A stretch of 63,998 nt of DNA, filler included, from Basidioascus undulatus (taxonomy: Eukaryota): assembly GCA_000826855.1 (NCBI GenBank). It is 6 parts of 6 records of this genome, joined end to end, with 100 filler letters (N's around TTAATTAATTAA, not from the genome) between each part and the next. Parts side by side here need not be neighbours in the genome. Positions count along the whole stretch, not along the records: positions 35,274 to 42,617 come from JTLS01001573.1; positions 42,718 to 50,050 come from JTLS01001574.1; 4 more parts are not named here. One strand, 5' to 3'. Shown piece by piece: positions 38,101-50,150 of this stretch. Below the pieces are notes generated by a model that did not search any database, was not told the DNA's origin, and saw only the letters and a program-made list of their open reading frames with translations. The position numbers and the translations under genes were made by a program. Within the stretch, counting starts at the first letter, position 1. Each line of letters starts with the position of its first letter.

Positions 38101-39273
38101 TTTACAGGGAATACAGCCTCTTAATATTCTCGGAAACCAAGACATGCTCTCTTGCCTTCCACATTGAGCCTTGAAGCTGAACTTGCGTTTACCGGATCAG
38201 AGCCAGATTATGAGGAAGTAAATATTAGAGCACAGTGAAACTGTGGGTTGAGAAAAACGAAGTGCATGTGTGGGATATTGTCAAAACTGTGCCACTGAGA
38301 AGGACATGATCAGCGTCAAGCATGCCATTTCTAACCACCCTACCCTACCCGAACGCAAGGACCAACATATCAGATATTTTCCCCTTCCCATTCTCCTCAC
38401 TGCTTCCCCGCCCCCGCATGTCTGCCTTCCCAAAGATGGTGAAGCTGCTGCCGTCTTTGCACAGCTTGTAGTTGTCATCATTGTTGACAGCGGCAGTCTT
38501 GATAGCGGATGCATGCTGGCGCTGGCGGTCAAAGGCTGTGCGGGGGCTGCGGGACGACCAGCAAAGCCTTTGTGCTTGGAAGCAGACATGGAGTTTGAGC
38601 TGCAACAAGCTTAAGACCGCATCAGTGCCCTCCAGCCTCTTCCCGTGCCCAACTGTGAGACTGCCGGTAGCATTGTATGACATGTGCTGGGAAGTTGCAG
38701 CTTGGTAGCGCGGCCCTCCCATATTATGATTGGGAAACTGGCATTGCCGGAGCTGTCTGAGCTATTGGAGCTGTGGGAGAATCCGGTTAAAATGAAAACA
38801 AAGAGGATGAGGTCGCCTGCAGAGGCTTGTACCCATACTTATTCAGGTTCAGGCGACGCAATACACTCATTGACAGGCAATCACTTGCAATTACTGTGGT
38901 TGAGATGTGGGTTGGTCTTCAACCAGTCTATCCACCAAAAGATGTTGATACTGGTGTGTGGTGTTGCGACGAGATTCGAGAGAATATTGGAGAGATTGCA
39001 TATGGGGAAGTGCGGTTGAGCAGCGAGTGGTCGGGCGTGGCTTTCTCGAGCGCGCCGACGGGATGCAATGAGCGAGGGAGAACTCAGTAGTGCTGTTAGG
39101 AAGACTCGAGCGCGAAAGGTGTCCGAAGCACGATCGGACCTGGTCAGCAGTGGACGGGTTTGGCGGCGAGCGAATGCGTGACGGTTCTCCAACAAACTCG
39201 GCCGGCCACTGCCATCGCACCCTCTAGGCGCGTAGAAAAAGCAATGGATACCCCCCGTCCTTCCTCCGCATCC

Positions 39274-40373
39274 TCACCGCTCCCGCAGGTCCAGTCGGGC
39301 CTCGTCCCCGAGCACGAGCATCTCCTCCAGCGGCACGCGCGCACTGATCTCCTGGATCTGTCCGTACCCATGAAAGAGCTCGCACAAGTCAAAAAAATGA
39401 AGTACTCGAGCGAGTAAGGGGGCGGAGCAGGGGCCCGCGCATGGGAAGGGTCAAGCAACGCACCTTGCTCGCAAACTCTTGTACCGCTGTCCGCTTCGCG
39501 CGGTGCTCTGCTAGCTCGGCGCGCACAGCTTGCAGATCAGCGAGCAGAGTGGCGGTCGTTGCTTGGGCCTTGAGAAGGAATAAAAGAAGGAGGATGAGCA
39601 TGCGAGGAAAATATGGAGGAAAAAGTAGCGAGTGAAGACGCACTTCGAGCGTCTGTGCTTCCACAGCGGCCAGTTCCGCAAGTGTTATAGGTCGTCTCCG
39701 CGCCCGAGCAGCGAGCAGTGGATCCCGTGCAAGCCTACCCTCAATGTCCCGTCATCCCGTCATCAGTCGCGAGCCCATGTAGGTGCTTGACGGAGCTGAT
39801 GGGGAAGGAAGGAATGACGGCGCACGCTTCGGCCCTCTGGCGCTCCGTCCACTCATCCGCTGCGCGACCCCCCCGGTTCTTGTCTGCCTCCCGCGCTTCA
39901 TCCGCATGCGCCAGGAGCTGATCCAGCTCGTTGAGCGCTGGGATGACCCGCCGGCGGTTGTGAAGCTCCTCGATGCTCGTCTGCGCTCACGTCGCACCCA
40001 TCCTCCCCTTCAGCCATCACACCAGACAAAGTCAACCGGAGTATAGCAGGCCGCGAAGCACCTTGACCGACTCCTTGAAATACTCCATCGTCTGATCGCG
40101 CATCGCGCGGAGCGTCTCCGGCGCCGTCTGCGCCACGGAGGGGAACGAGCGCTCGAAGTTGTCGTACGACCACCCCTCAATGATCTCGCTGAGGGCCTTC
40201 TCGATCGCTTTTTGGGTATACTTCGCCAGTCGCCCAGGTTTGACCTCGGCGGGGGGGACGGGTGCGGGCGGAGGTGCGTCGGTCGAGGAGGAAGCGGTGG
40301 GTGGGGCTGAGGCGGCGGGGGCGGGGGCGGGGGAGGCGGACTCCGGGGCGGGTAGGGGAGGATTGTCGGGCAT
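39274..40373 (-). CDS. NNF1: Kinetochore MIND-complex Nnf1/PMF1-like protein, 5 exons
   Basis: Pro/Ala N-terminus, KALSEIIEGWSYDNFERSFPSVA, RRVIPALNELDQLLAHADEAR, DPLLAARARRRPITLAELAAVE, coiled coil, ...RLDLRER*. Confidence 0.7.
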
Positions 40374-42065
40374 CGAGGAGGGGAGTGATAGAACAAATAC
40401 GAAGATTGTGCGGTGGGGAACAGCGATTTTGAAGAGTAAGACGGGGAGGGCGCGAGAGCGAAGGTCAAGGAGACGCGTCGCGCCTGAGGGCGTGTTTGAC
40501 CTTTGATTGAATCACGTGCCTGCAATCTGGTGCACTGCCATTCCTTCTTCGACCTGGCCGAGAGACTGCACAAATGTTGTACAGGTTATCAAGGGAACTC
40601 TGGAGTCTGGAGAAACACTCAAGCGAAGGCTGGCTGGAAACCGCCTGGTGATCCGCTGCCCGCTCCGAGCCACGGAGTCTTGGAGAGCGCACACAGCTGC
40701 GACACTGTCGCAAGCTCGAGCTTTTCTCTTATTCACTATTTGGTAAAGCCTGCCATGTGAAAGTTCAAAGTTTGCATGCTGCCGTGGGTCGCGCGCTAGA
40801 GGAGGCAGAAGACACACTCGTTGCGCACAGCTCCAAGCAGTTAAATGCGAAAGCAGCGCGGTGAATTCAGAAGCCCGTAAGTATCAGTCCAGCTCACGCC
40901 TCCCAAGTCCCACATCGTGCCAACGATGACGCGGTGAATGATCCAACCGACTGCCGCAGACAAGTCCGTGCCTATTGCCCAGAAATTTAAATATGATACA
41001 TTTCCTGGCATTTTGACACGCACGGAGAAGCCTTCGGAGGGAGTGGTCAGGCTCGGCAGTGGCACGGCTTGTTGGCTTTGGGCTGAGGGGAACCCGTGCA
41101 GTACCAAAGCGCATGGTGGGGTGACTGGGGCTTTCATATCCGGGTACGAGCGGGTGTTTTGGTCAGAAATCCAGGAGAAAACGGGGAAACCCATGTGAGA
41201 GGAAGGGGGAGGACCTTTCCGTGAAGCTGTGGGCAGCGGGGGAGCGGAAAGCATTAGTCTCAGGCTGCTGGCTAGCGACTCCTGGGTGTGCAGTCCCTCC
41301 TCCCCAATGCAGACTGTCAGACCGCATTGATGGAGTGGAAACGAGGGAGAAGCGTACAACAAAGCCCTGAAAACCAACATGAAACGAGCACGGCGCCGCC
41401 TTGAAGGCCTGTCCTCCCGTCATTCATCATCCGCCTCGGGCCGTCGACGTTGCGCTGCAATGCACAATTAGCTCCACCATCGCGCACCGGCGCCTCGCGA
41501 TCGTAAACCCCAATCATCCCGTTAATTTTATAATCAATACGATGGTGGAGCAGTTTGGAGCGTCCGGAACGAACAGGAGTCGACTGATGATCGACACGCT
41601 CGCTCGTCCTCACGCTGCCTGCTGCGCTGAATTCATCCGCCCTTCCTTTCATCCGCCCTCTTGCTCTCTGTCCTTCTCCGCCAACCGATCGCTAGCCGGC
41701 GCAGGCGCTGCTGCTGCTCTTCTCTTCTATTGTCTCTCACAGTCCCTCCGGATCGCTCGTGGCGTCCCAAAGTGCGGGGCGGACCGATTTGCCGAGTCGA
41801 GGCGTTTGTGTCTCTGGTCAGTCTAACAGTAATCCGCGTCTGGCGTCGTACGAGCTTGGGTTTTAGGTAGTGGACCAGCTCGGATGGAGCTGAGGGCCGG
41901 CAAGGGAATGAAAGGAACCGGAGGAGTTGGGTCCGTGTTTCAGCGCTTAAAGGAAGCCAGGGGCCGAGGACGAGGGGCAGCCAAGGGCGGGGAGCGAAAG
42001 TGCGCTTTTTGGGATCCTCACGCTCATCCTCCTTTTTTTTTCCCTCCAGTCTGCTCTCAAGCACG

Positions 42066-42617
42066 ATGAAGTTCCTATTCAAGAAGTCCTCCTCCTCCGC
42101 GTCCTCGAACCCCAAGCGCGCCTCCACGTCCGCAGCAGCGAGTGAGCTGCCGCTGCCCCCTCCCCCGACACCCTTCAAGTCCACACCTTCCCCCGCGCCT
42201 CCTTCGACCGCGGAGGCGACTACGCCCCTATACGCGCGCTTTGCGCGCACGGCAAATGGCGGATTCGGGTGGGACGATGAGAAGGTTGGGGGGTGGCGCG
42301 CGAGTGGGGGGGAGGAGGTGAAGGAGAAGGGAGAGGAGAGGGAAAGGGGGAGGGAGAGGATGAGCGAAATCGCTGTTGCCGTTGCACAGGTGCCCGTGCT
42401 TGACCGCCGGGGCAAGGCGGAGACGGACGTCGTCGCCGTCGCCCCGCGCAAGCTCACCAAGCGGAGCAGCGCGCAGGGCCTGCCACCCCCGCCGCCCAAG
42501 GAACAGCCCCATCCACCTCCTGCCACCCGCACGCGCCCACCATCCCTCACCAGACCTTCTACGGCCCCCTGCCCCCAACCGCCCCCCCCCCCCCCCCCCC
42601 CTCATTCTTTCGCGCCA
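42066..42617 (+). CDS. 5' part of a Pro/Ser-rich hypothetical protein, truncated by contig end
   Basis: ATG 42066 MKFLFKKSSSS...TTPLYARFART..., open to the linker. Confidence 0.55.
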
Positions 42618-42717
42618 NNNNNNNNNNNNNNNNNNNNNNNNNNNNNNNNNNNNNNNNNNNNTTAATTAATTAANNNNNNNNNNNNNNNNNNNNNNNNNNN
42701 NNNNNNNNNNNNNNNNN
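42618..42717. other. Artificial contig linker
   Basis: N44-TTAATTAATTAA-N44. Confidence 0.98.
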
Positions 42718-42796
42718 CACAAACAACCTTATGTGCTTCCCCGCACCCACATAAAACTGCTCAACTTGTAACTGACACGACTCACCCCCCAACCAG

Positions 42797-43095
42797 CCTC
42801 CATCGCCGTCGCGCGGATGCACGTCCTCCCCTCCCTCCGGCGGCGCGGGATCGCGCGCAAGCTGCTCTCCCACTGCGCGCAAGACTTTGTATACGGCTCG
42901 CCCACCCCGCGGGGGAGGGTCGCGTTCAGCCAGCCCACGGATGAGGGGCGGAGGTGCGCGATTGGGTGGATGCGCAACGGACGGGGGGAGAGGGGGAAGG
43001 GGGACGTAGAGGAGCAGGGGGGGAAGGGGCATGGAGGAGGGGAGGAGGAAGAGGAGGAGGAGAGGGAGGGAGAGGGGTTTTTGGTTTATGAGTAG
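42797..43095 (+). CDS. ECO1: Last exon of cohesin acetyltransferase Eco1/ESCO (5'-partial)
   Basis: IAVARMHVLPSLRRRGIARKLL...FVYG...VAFSQPTDEGR, preceded by ctgac...ccag acceptor. Confidence 0.85.
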
Positions 43096-43221
43096 AGGCA
43101 GGGAGTGGGGGTCATGCTCATCTGCTTATGTCTCCGCGGGCTAGTTTGTTGATACCTGTTGATACCACCTGCCATGCCTTACGATCCACGGTTGCTAGTT
43201 GATGCTCAGTGTTCAGTTCCC

Positions 43222-43390
43222 ATTCCTCGTTTCTCGTTCCTCGTTTCTCGTTGCTCGTTTCTCGTTGCTGCCCAGTGCCAAGTTACCGTTCCTCATTTTC
43301 TGATGCTCCTCACGGTTGCACGTTGCTCGTTACTGCAATCTGGCCGTCCACTGCCCGCAGCTGCTCATTGCTCATGGCTCATTGCTCATG
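43222..43390. repeat. Degenerate 7-bp simple repeat (TTKCTCR-type)
   Basis: ttcctcgtttctcgttcctcgtttctcgttgctcgtttctcgttgctg ... gctcattgctcatggctcattgctcatg. Confidence 0.6.
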
Positions 43391-44358
43391 CGTACACACG
43401 AGCCATATCCTGCGCCTTATCCGTTGTAGCACTGCATGTTTCTGCCAATGGGAGTTGATCTTCCAAGTAGCCACTTCCGAGTGGTCAAGTCTCCTCACCT
43501 CGGTCCCACCGCCATGCATCATGAGCCACTCTGCAATACTCACCAGGCACCACTGTAGCTGATTTAAGTTTTCGAGGCTCATGGATCTTCCATCAACCTA
43601 TACCCAACTATCCGCTTTGCGAAACCTCTGTTGCCTCGCCGGGTTTTGTGTTAACATGCCGACTGCGTTAATCTTTGAAGGAGGGCGTGCAGCCTCGTTC
43701 AAGCCAATTCTGGCACTGGCCGATGTTCGGCCAGGTCCTGACTTGCTCAGGCCATTTAACTTACCCAAGTATTCTCAGTCTGCTAGTGCCAGCGGAGTGA
43801 GTGGCCACGATCGCAAGTGTGGTTCTCTCCAGAGCTCCGACCCTCGCGCAGGGTAGGATACCGCATTCGTTCAGCTCGACACGGAAAGCCTCGAATCTAA
43901 CGCGAGCTCTCATTCGCTTGGCGCACAGTTTCTGTGGCTAGATTCTAGTAATAGCCTAGGCTGCCGTAGTCCCCTTTGCGGGCTCTGCGTCCTACTAGGT
44001 ATATAAGTGTCACTAATTTATTTAAAACATAAATGGAGCGATGCCTATAAGCGCACCACGACTCGGGCCGGACAGCACCACGCATCACTCACCGTCTTCG
44101 CAACTCGGTTGCTCGCTCACTGCGGCTACCTTAACCTCGCACTGGGCACGCCGAGGGAGAGTGTACTTTATATGTTGATGGCACATAAGGGGTTACAAAA
44201 CAGAATAAATTGGGTATGGCATCAGATCACGTGGCAGGTCCAGGGCAGGACTCGCTCGCTCGCTCGCTCGCGTCTTCTTGAACCTCTGCCCGGCTCAGAT
44301 TAGAGTTCTGGGGTTATGCTGGAGCCCTGGCGTAAAACTAATTGATTAGAAAAAATAA

Positions 44359-44456
44359 TGCCCCCTGCCAGGCTCGAACTGGCGACCTTTGGATTGCCCG
44401 ATTATACCGGTCATATTGCTATGAGACCACTGCGATACCAACTTCGCCAAGGAGGC
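44359..44456 (-). tRNA. Elongator tRNA-Met(CAT) with ~25-nt intron at 37/38
   Basis: GCCTCCT/AGGGGGC acceptor stem, TGGCGAAGTTGG A-box, CT-CAT-A loop, U31:U39 pair, GTTCGAGCC B-box, downstream T-run terminator. Confidence 0.92.
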
Positions 44457-45029
44457 TTGTTGTTATCGAGCCGGGCGGAAGCCTCCTATCCCTCTGATTA
44501 TTGTGAGAGTTTGACAAGAACAACCCGCATTCCCAAGCTGCGCAAAGCGAGCCGACGAGGAGAAAGTTTGAACCGGCCAGCCGCTTGCGTCATTGCGATC
44601 GCTCGGTGCTCTGAGCACTTCTGCAACGATGGACATACCGTGTGCACAATGTTCGATGAACGTCATTGATATTATATCAACAGAAGAACGTGTTAATTAT
44701 GATCCCAACTCTACATGAACAGTCAGGTACACGGGAAGTCTGCTGGATTCTGAGTCTCCGCTGTGAGCCATGAAGAACGCAGGCCGTTCGCCGAGAGTCT
44801 TTCGGGTCTGAAGTGTATAAGTTTGGCCTTTCTCCGGACAAATTTCCAGGTTATCAGTGGTACGCATAGTATTCGCAAGAAGTTACAACAAACTTGCTCG
44901 TTGTTTCGCTGCGCCACTGCATCAAATGGGGATATACCTTCTGCAACACAAGGACGCTCTTGCTATCATTTTCCTTTCTTTCGACCTTGCAATAGCAACG
45001 TCAAAACCAAGTCAATGATTGATACAAAT

Positions 45030-45257
45030 TAATTTCGTAAAATACATACCCGCCCAGAAGCTCTGATGGCATGGCTGTTGAGTGTCAGCCCCGTTTAACG
45101 CCTTGGTGAGGTGCACATCGTAGTCAGCGCCGCTCTTGAGCGTCAAGATGTACGTACCGTTGACTAATTCGGCAGCGACACATGGTCGCTTGACGGCAGT
45201 CGCTTGTGTGAGGGCAAGGGCGGCCAAGAGGATGGGGAACAAGCTGAAGAGCTTCAT
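45030..45257 (-). CDS. Small secreted protein, possible peptidase-inhibitor I9 (subtilisin propeptide)-like start; 3' exons unresolved
   Basis: MKLFSLFPILLAALALTQA...LVNGTYILTLKSGADYDVHL, then a gtatgt donor. Confidence 0.45.
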
Positions 45258-45899
45258 GCCAGGAGGCAGGAGGCCAGGAGAGGGTGTCGAAGAGGGAAGG
45301 GAACGGATTGATAGTCGAGCACGGTCGGGGATGATCCCCCCTTTATCCTTTATTTTTGAAAGCTCCATCCCATGTGAGTGGCTAAAGCTGTGTGTATACC
45401 GACAGTATCTCGCAATGCAGCTTGGTATGCCGAATGGCACTGGCGCAACAGGACGGTGATTAGCGCTGCAGCATCATTTTCCAGTTCAATCGCCAGCACG
45501 TTGCACATGAAGTCTTGCCAAAGTTACAGCCAATCTTTAGGAGGCAACTACATTCGGAGCAGTGTTATGAAGAGGGGAGGTGAGGCCACTGCGGGTGTGA
45601 GCTCCAGATCGCGCACATGCCTTGGCCGCCCTCAACGCCGCTGCGAGCAGACGGGCAAACGAACGAAGATGGATTTTAGCCCTTGTTCTAGAAAGCAAAT
45701 TATGTACCTTGATGGCATCGTCCCGGATAATATAGGCCGAGCTGAGTATGGAAGTGCTGAAGTCTGACTAGACGCAACGTTGCAAGAAATGGGGATGTAT
45801 CCCGGTATACATTGACTACAGCCGGTGGCTGTTGCATCCTCTACCCTTATTCGTGGTGTCCAGCTTCCGGTCTTGTATGAGATCAACAGTCCCGGCTCA

Positions 45900-46520
45900 T
45901 TGCCTGCTAGTAGCCTGATTGTCTCTCTTTCGCAGCGTGTTGCATTTGAAAGTTTCTTGCGCGAGACCAGCATTTCCACACAGCTAAACCTCCTTCTAAA
46001 CCTCAACAGCTGCTTGAGAGCTTGAGGATCCGGATTGCGAAGACATTCGTGCGAGTCACAACACCACACAGACCTTCCCCTCTTCAAACCTCATGGCCAG
46101 GACTTGCGCGTTCTGGACGTTACCGTCTGCCACGACGAAGTCGCGCTTGGTCCTCTGCTTGCGCTGTGCTCGAACCTTCGTACGCTCCGGCTTGCCCTCA
46201 GCACAACCTCGAGATTATCTGATCTACCGGCTGCTTTTCTTCCGACGTTCTGACATATAATCTTAATACTCTGAAAACCGTCCCCTGAGCATCGCAGTCT
46301 TCTGGGAGATATGCTGGGACGATTAGCGATGGCTCGCCCCGAGAAGCTCGACACCGGCTAAGGCTTCCCACTTTCGGACCATTTACATGGGATATACTCG
46401 AAAATGCTATTCTTGCGTGGCTGTTCGGATGAGCCTCATTCTGGAGCGCTGTGGTATTCGCATGTACAACGAGAATAGGAAAAGCCTGTGTCTGTACTGG
46501 AGGTCACATAGCGGTCAAAT
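45900..46520 (+). pseudogene. LRR/RNI-like pseudogene, paralogue of 24712-25804
   Basis: HGQDLRVLDVTVCHDEVALGPLLALCSNLRTLRL, LPTF*HIILIL*, LERCGIRMYNE. Confidence 0.6.
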
Positions 46521-47242
46521 GGGTGTAAAGAAGCGTAACGGCGTACGCCAATGTCTTGGTTTTTTCTACATCCATTTCACCAAACGAACGCTCGACTCCG
46601 CACAGAGCGGTGCAGTTAGCCGGGTTTCAATCTCCCCCACCCTCATCAAACGCTTCCTCTGACCGTTGTCCACCTGCAGTCCAGTCCGAATCGACCCGTA
46701 GAAATCTATAAGTCCTTACTTTGGACGATAGAGGATAGATACCGGGCCGGTTCCCAAAGATCCGTGCAGCTGTAACGCCATTCACAACTGCGTCCACTCG
46801 CCAAGGGAGGCGGACAACCCTCTCGCAAAAGGACAAATACCCAACCGGCCTCCTAGAACAAGTTGCACATTGCTCGAAGAGCTCACGCAATCAACGCCCG
46901 CATCAAATATCACAGCGGAGCTTTGATCACATTAGGGTAAAGGGCATTTCGTATGGGATACAAGCACCGGACAATGTCTAATGAGTCCTCTCTCTCGCGC
47001 CCTCTCGGAAAGCCCAGACCAAACATCCCACTGCCACAGAGGCCTTCGCGAAAGGACTTAGCTCTTCCCACGCACCACTCAAGGCGCTGTTGCACAGGCA
47101 GCGCGCAATGGCCCCGACAACAACAGCCCGCATCGCCTCCCGCTGACGCGCCACCTGGGAAACACCAGAGATCGGACCAACGCACCTTTGATGAACATCA
47201 CCACTCCCCGACTGAAGTGCATAAAGCTACTGCACACAGAGG

Positions 47243-47440
47243 TCAGTGCTTCTCTGATAGCGCAGTCGAACGAGACAGCAGAGTCCAGGCGAGGGGAAAG
47301 AGGCAGTGGTCGAGCACGCCGCGCGTGAGGAGTACAGGGGAGGTGGCGAGTTCTGTTGGTGAGTGAAGCTCTTCCGCGGCCAGCGCCATGAGGAGGGAAA
47401 GCAGCATGAGGAGCATGAGGAGTAGGATGGTGAACTTCAT
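47243..47440 (-). CDS. Possible small secreted protein or its relic
   Basis: Signal-like MKFTILLLMLLMLLSLLMALAAEE; downstream frame short or ambiguous. Confidence 0.3.
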   Translation of the reverse strand: MKFTILLLMLLMLLSLLMALAAEELHSPTELATSPVLLTRGVLDHCLFPLAWTLLSRSTALSEKH

Positions 47441-47790
47441 CGTGGCAGCACTGATAAATGTCTGAGTTGACATTGTATTAAGGAGCACAATCAGGCTAAG
47501 AATTGTATAAGGCATCCCAAAGACCGCACCAGTAGCGGATGTTCATGAGACAGTCGAGAATGGCAGGACGACTGTGCGATCTTTGAGGAACACAAAGCCA
47601 GGCTTCGGTGACTCAAGGAACAGATCGAATATCCATGAGAGGTAACAACAGCTCTGAACGGTAAAATGACGCTCTCGCTATGCGAGCCAGGCTCGGCCAG
47701 AAAAAGGGGCGGAGCCGCGCAAGGATGCTCAATCGCTGCGCGACCTCGTCTGAATCTACCATCACCGCTCCCGTCTCGAGCCCCTCTCAA

Positions 47791-49287
47791 ATGCCGCACT
47801 CTGACATAAGCCTTCAAGCTCTTCGAACGCCCAAAATATCCGCTCTCGAAGCACACCCTGTGGAGCTCATTCGCAAGATCGCCTCGCGCCTGAGCTATCG
47901 TCGCCTTTGCGCTCTCTCCCTCTGCTCTTCGCGTCTTCGAGCTTGCCTGGTTTCCCAATATCTTTTCGAAAAGGACGACCACGCTTTCGAACACGGCATA
48001 CACTGTGAGGGAATCACCTCTCTTCACGGACGTGCTTGCCGCGAACCCACATCTCCACAATTTCATTGGGTGAGCCGGTTGTCTTGGGCTTTGCCTTGCA
48101 TGCTAACCCAATTTGGCTAACTGGAGATTGGCATGGTAGTCGCGTCCATTACGAAGGATCCTCCATCACTTGGCCAGAGCTGAGGGCTTTGGGAGAGAAT
48201 CTCGCTTTGCTGCACAATCTTCAAATGATCGACTTCACCATCTACTCTGCCGCCGTCGGCAATGCGATAACGCACCTTCCTGACTCGTGCATGCAAATTA
48301 CAGGACTGACCAATGTCTCGTTCAACTGGGGCGTGCAAAGCGAAGGCATCGAGTCTGCCGCGACGGGCATGCTGACCTGCCTCAGCAAGTCGGCGGGGAC
48401 GATTAGGCACCTCCTGCTCGGCGATCCGAGCTTCGCAACCTCTCCATCCTCTGATACGGCTGGGCTTGGAAAGGTTCTTTCCGAAATGCCGCACTTGTAT
48501 CATCTCAAGATTCTCTACCTGAATGGGCCGATATTCCCCCCGCCAGCAGTCTGGTTCACTCCTCGAGTTCCGATCATCGAAGAAACTGTCCTATCATGGA
48601 GTCCAAAAAGAGAATGAGGGCCTCTTTCAGCGCTCCCCTCACCTCCGCTCTTTCAATCTGGTCAACTTTTATTACTCGGTCGAGAAGGACTCTCTCCAAA
48701 GTGTTTTGGCGATCTCTGCAACATGCCTTTGCGCCGCCTCGAATTCTGTATGCTGCATGTGGATTCAGCCCTCCTCCATAGGCTAGCGGCCAAATGCACG
48801 CAGTTGCACGAGCTCCGTATGCACAGTCACGATACTTATCTGCTCGACCCCTTGCCTGTAAGTGCACTCATATCTTTGCAGGGTTCAGAAGCGGCTTTTC
48901 TGCACGATGACTGGTCGTTGCGCATTCAGTTAGACATCCTTTCGGCACTTGGGCGATTACCGCTTCGAGAACTCAGTTGGGGGTTAATCTTGGAGCACAA
49001 CGATGTCGCGGAGACCAGTCGAGGACTGCAAAACCGCTTGGTGCACCATGGTCTCTGGTATCGTTGAAGCTGTCCCCACTCTCCAACGCATTTTCCTCCA
49101 GCTCGACTTGCATTTCCGCCGTCGAGAGGAAAAGACCCTCGAATGTCATGTGCGGACATCCACCGCCGGGCGTGTCGAAGTTCGGGAGGTCGGACGGTGT
49201 GCTCATTTCCGTTCATCCCAGGAGCTGAAGCGAGATGCTCTCGACCGGAAAGTGTTCGCGAAGAATCATCGTTACATAGCTTCGTGA
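47791..49287 (+). pseudogene. F-box plus LRR (RNI-like) gene split over several frames
   Basis: F-box-like LEAHPVELIRKIASRLSYRRLCALSLCSSRLR; LRRs LHNLQMIDF, MPHLYHLKIL, SPHLRSFNL, CTQLHELRM, LPLRELSW, VPTLQRIFL; frame changes near 48610, 48710 and 49020 lack clear introns. Confidence 0.65.
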
Positions 49288-49809
49288 GGTCGTGAGGGAA
49301 GCGAAAATGCTCGAGGGGTCTCAGGGCGTGGCCGGTTTTGATTGAATGCATGTTTCGCGATCGCATCCGTCGCAAGTCCTGGGTTATTTGCGGGCATTCA
49401 CGGCTAAGGCCGGTGCTGCTTTTTGGAATGCCGTTCACAACAGTGAATCCAAAATGCCTAGTCACTTGCACGTCCCGGGAAGCATGAAGGGCGCTTGGAT
49501 TGACTGCTTCCCGCAGATTGGCCGTGGAGTCTGGACTGTTATGCGCCCCAAGCACCCGAAACCGTTTGCACTTGCTTGACCTCGGCGTCTCTCAACCACA
49601 TTGCGGAAACAACGCGTTGGTCAAGTTCAATGAAGAAGCTATCAATCGGCAAGGAGGGACAGGGTATCTCGACATAATCGCTGTAAGAAAACAGGAAACA
49701 AGTATAAGGAACGTATGATAGGGCAGATGACTGCCATGCGTGGACTTCCTCCGCGTATCTCAAGACAAACAAAAACTCCACAAACTACGAGCAAACAAAC
49801 ACCGCGACC

Positions 49810-50050
49810 TCAGGACGATCCAGCGAGCAGCCTCTCGAGCGCCTTGTCGAACGAGAACCCGTTCGCCTCGAGCGCCGCGACGGCCTTGGAGCGCCCAAAG
49901 CCCTGTTGGTCCACCCATATCCTCCGCGGTCAGCCGTCATCCACATTCGACCAGACCCGTCTGTACAAGAGACGCACCATCCCCACGAGCTGCTTGACCG
50001 CCTCAAGGTCGTCGAACTGCGCGGGCGTCGGCGCGCGCGCGCTCGGCTGG
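49810..50050 (-). CDS. C-terminal UBA domain, Ede1/Eps15-like endocytic protein end (5'-partial)
   Basis: FDDLEAVKQLVGM / GFGRSKAVAALEANGFSFDKALERLLAGSS* (MGF motif split by an intron). Confidence 0.7.
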
Positions 50051-50150
50051 NNNNNNNNNNNNNNNNNNNNNNNNNNNNNNNNNNNNNNNNNNNNTTAATT
50101 AATTAANNNNNNNNNNNNNNNNNNNNNNNNNNNNNNNNNNNNNNNNNNNN
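50051..50150. other. Artificial contig linker
   Basis: N44-TTAATTAATTAA-N44. Confidence 0.98.
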
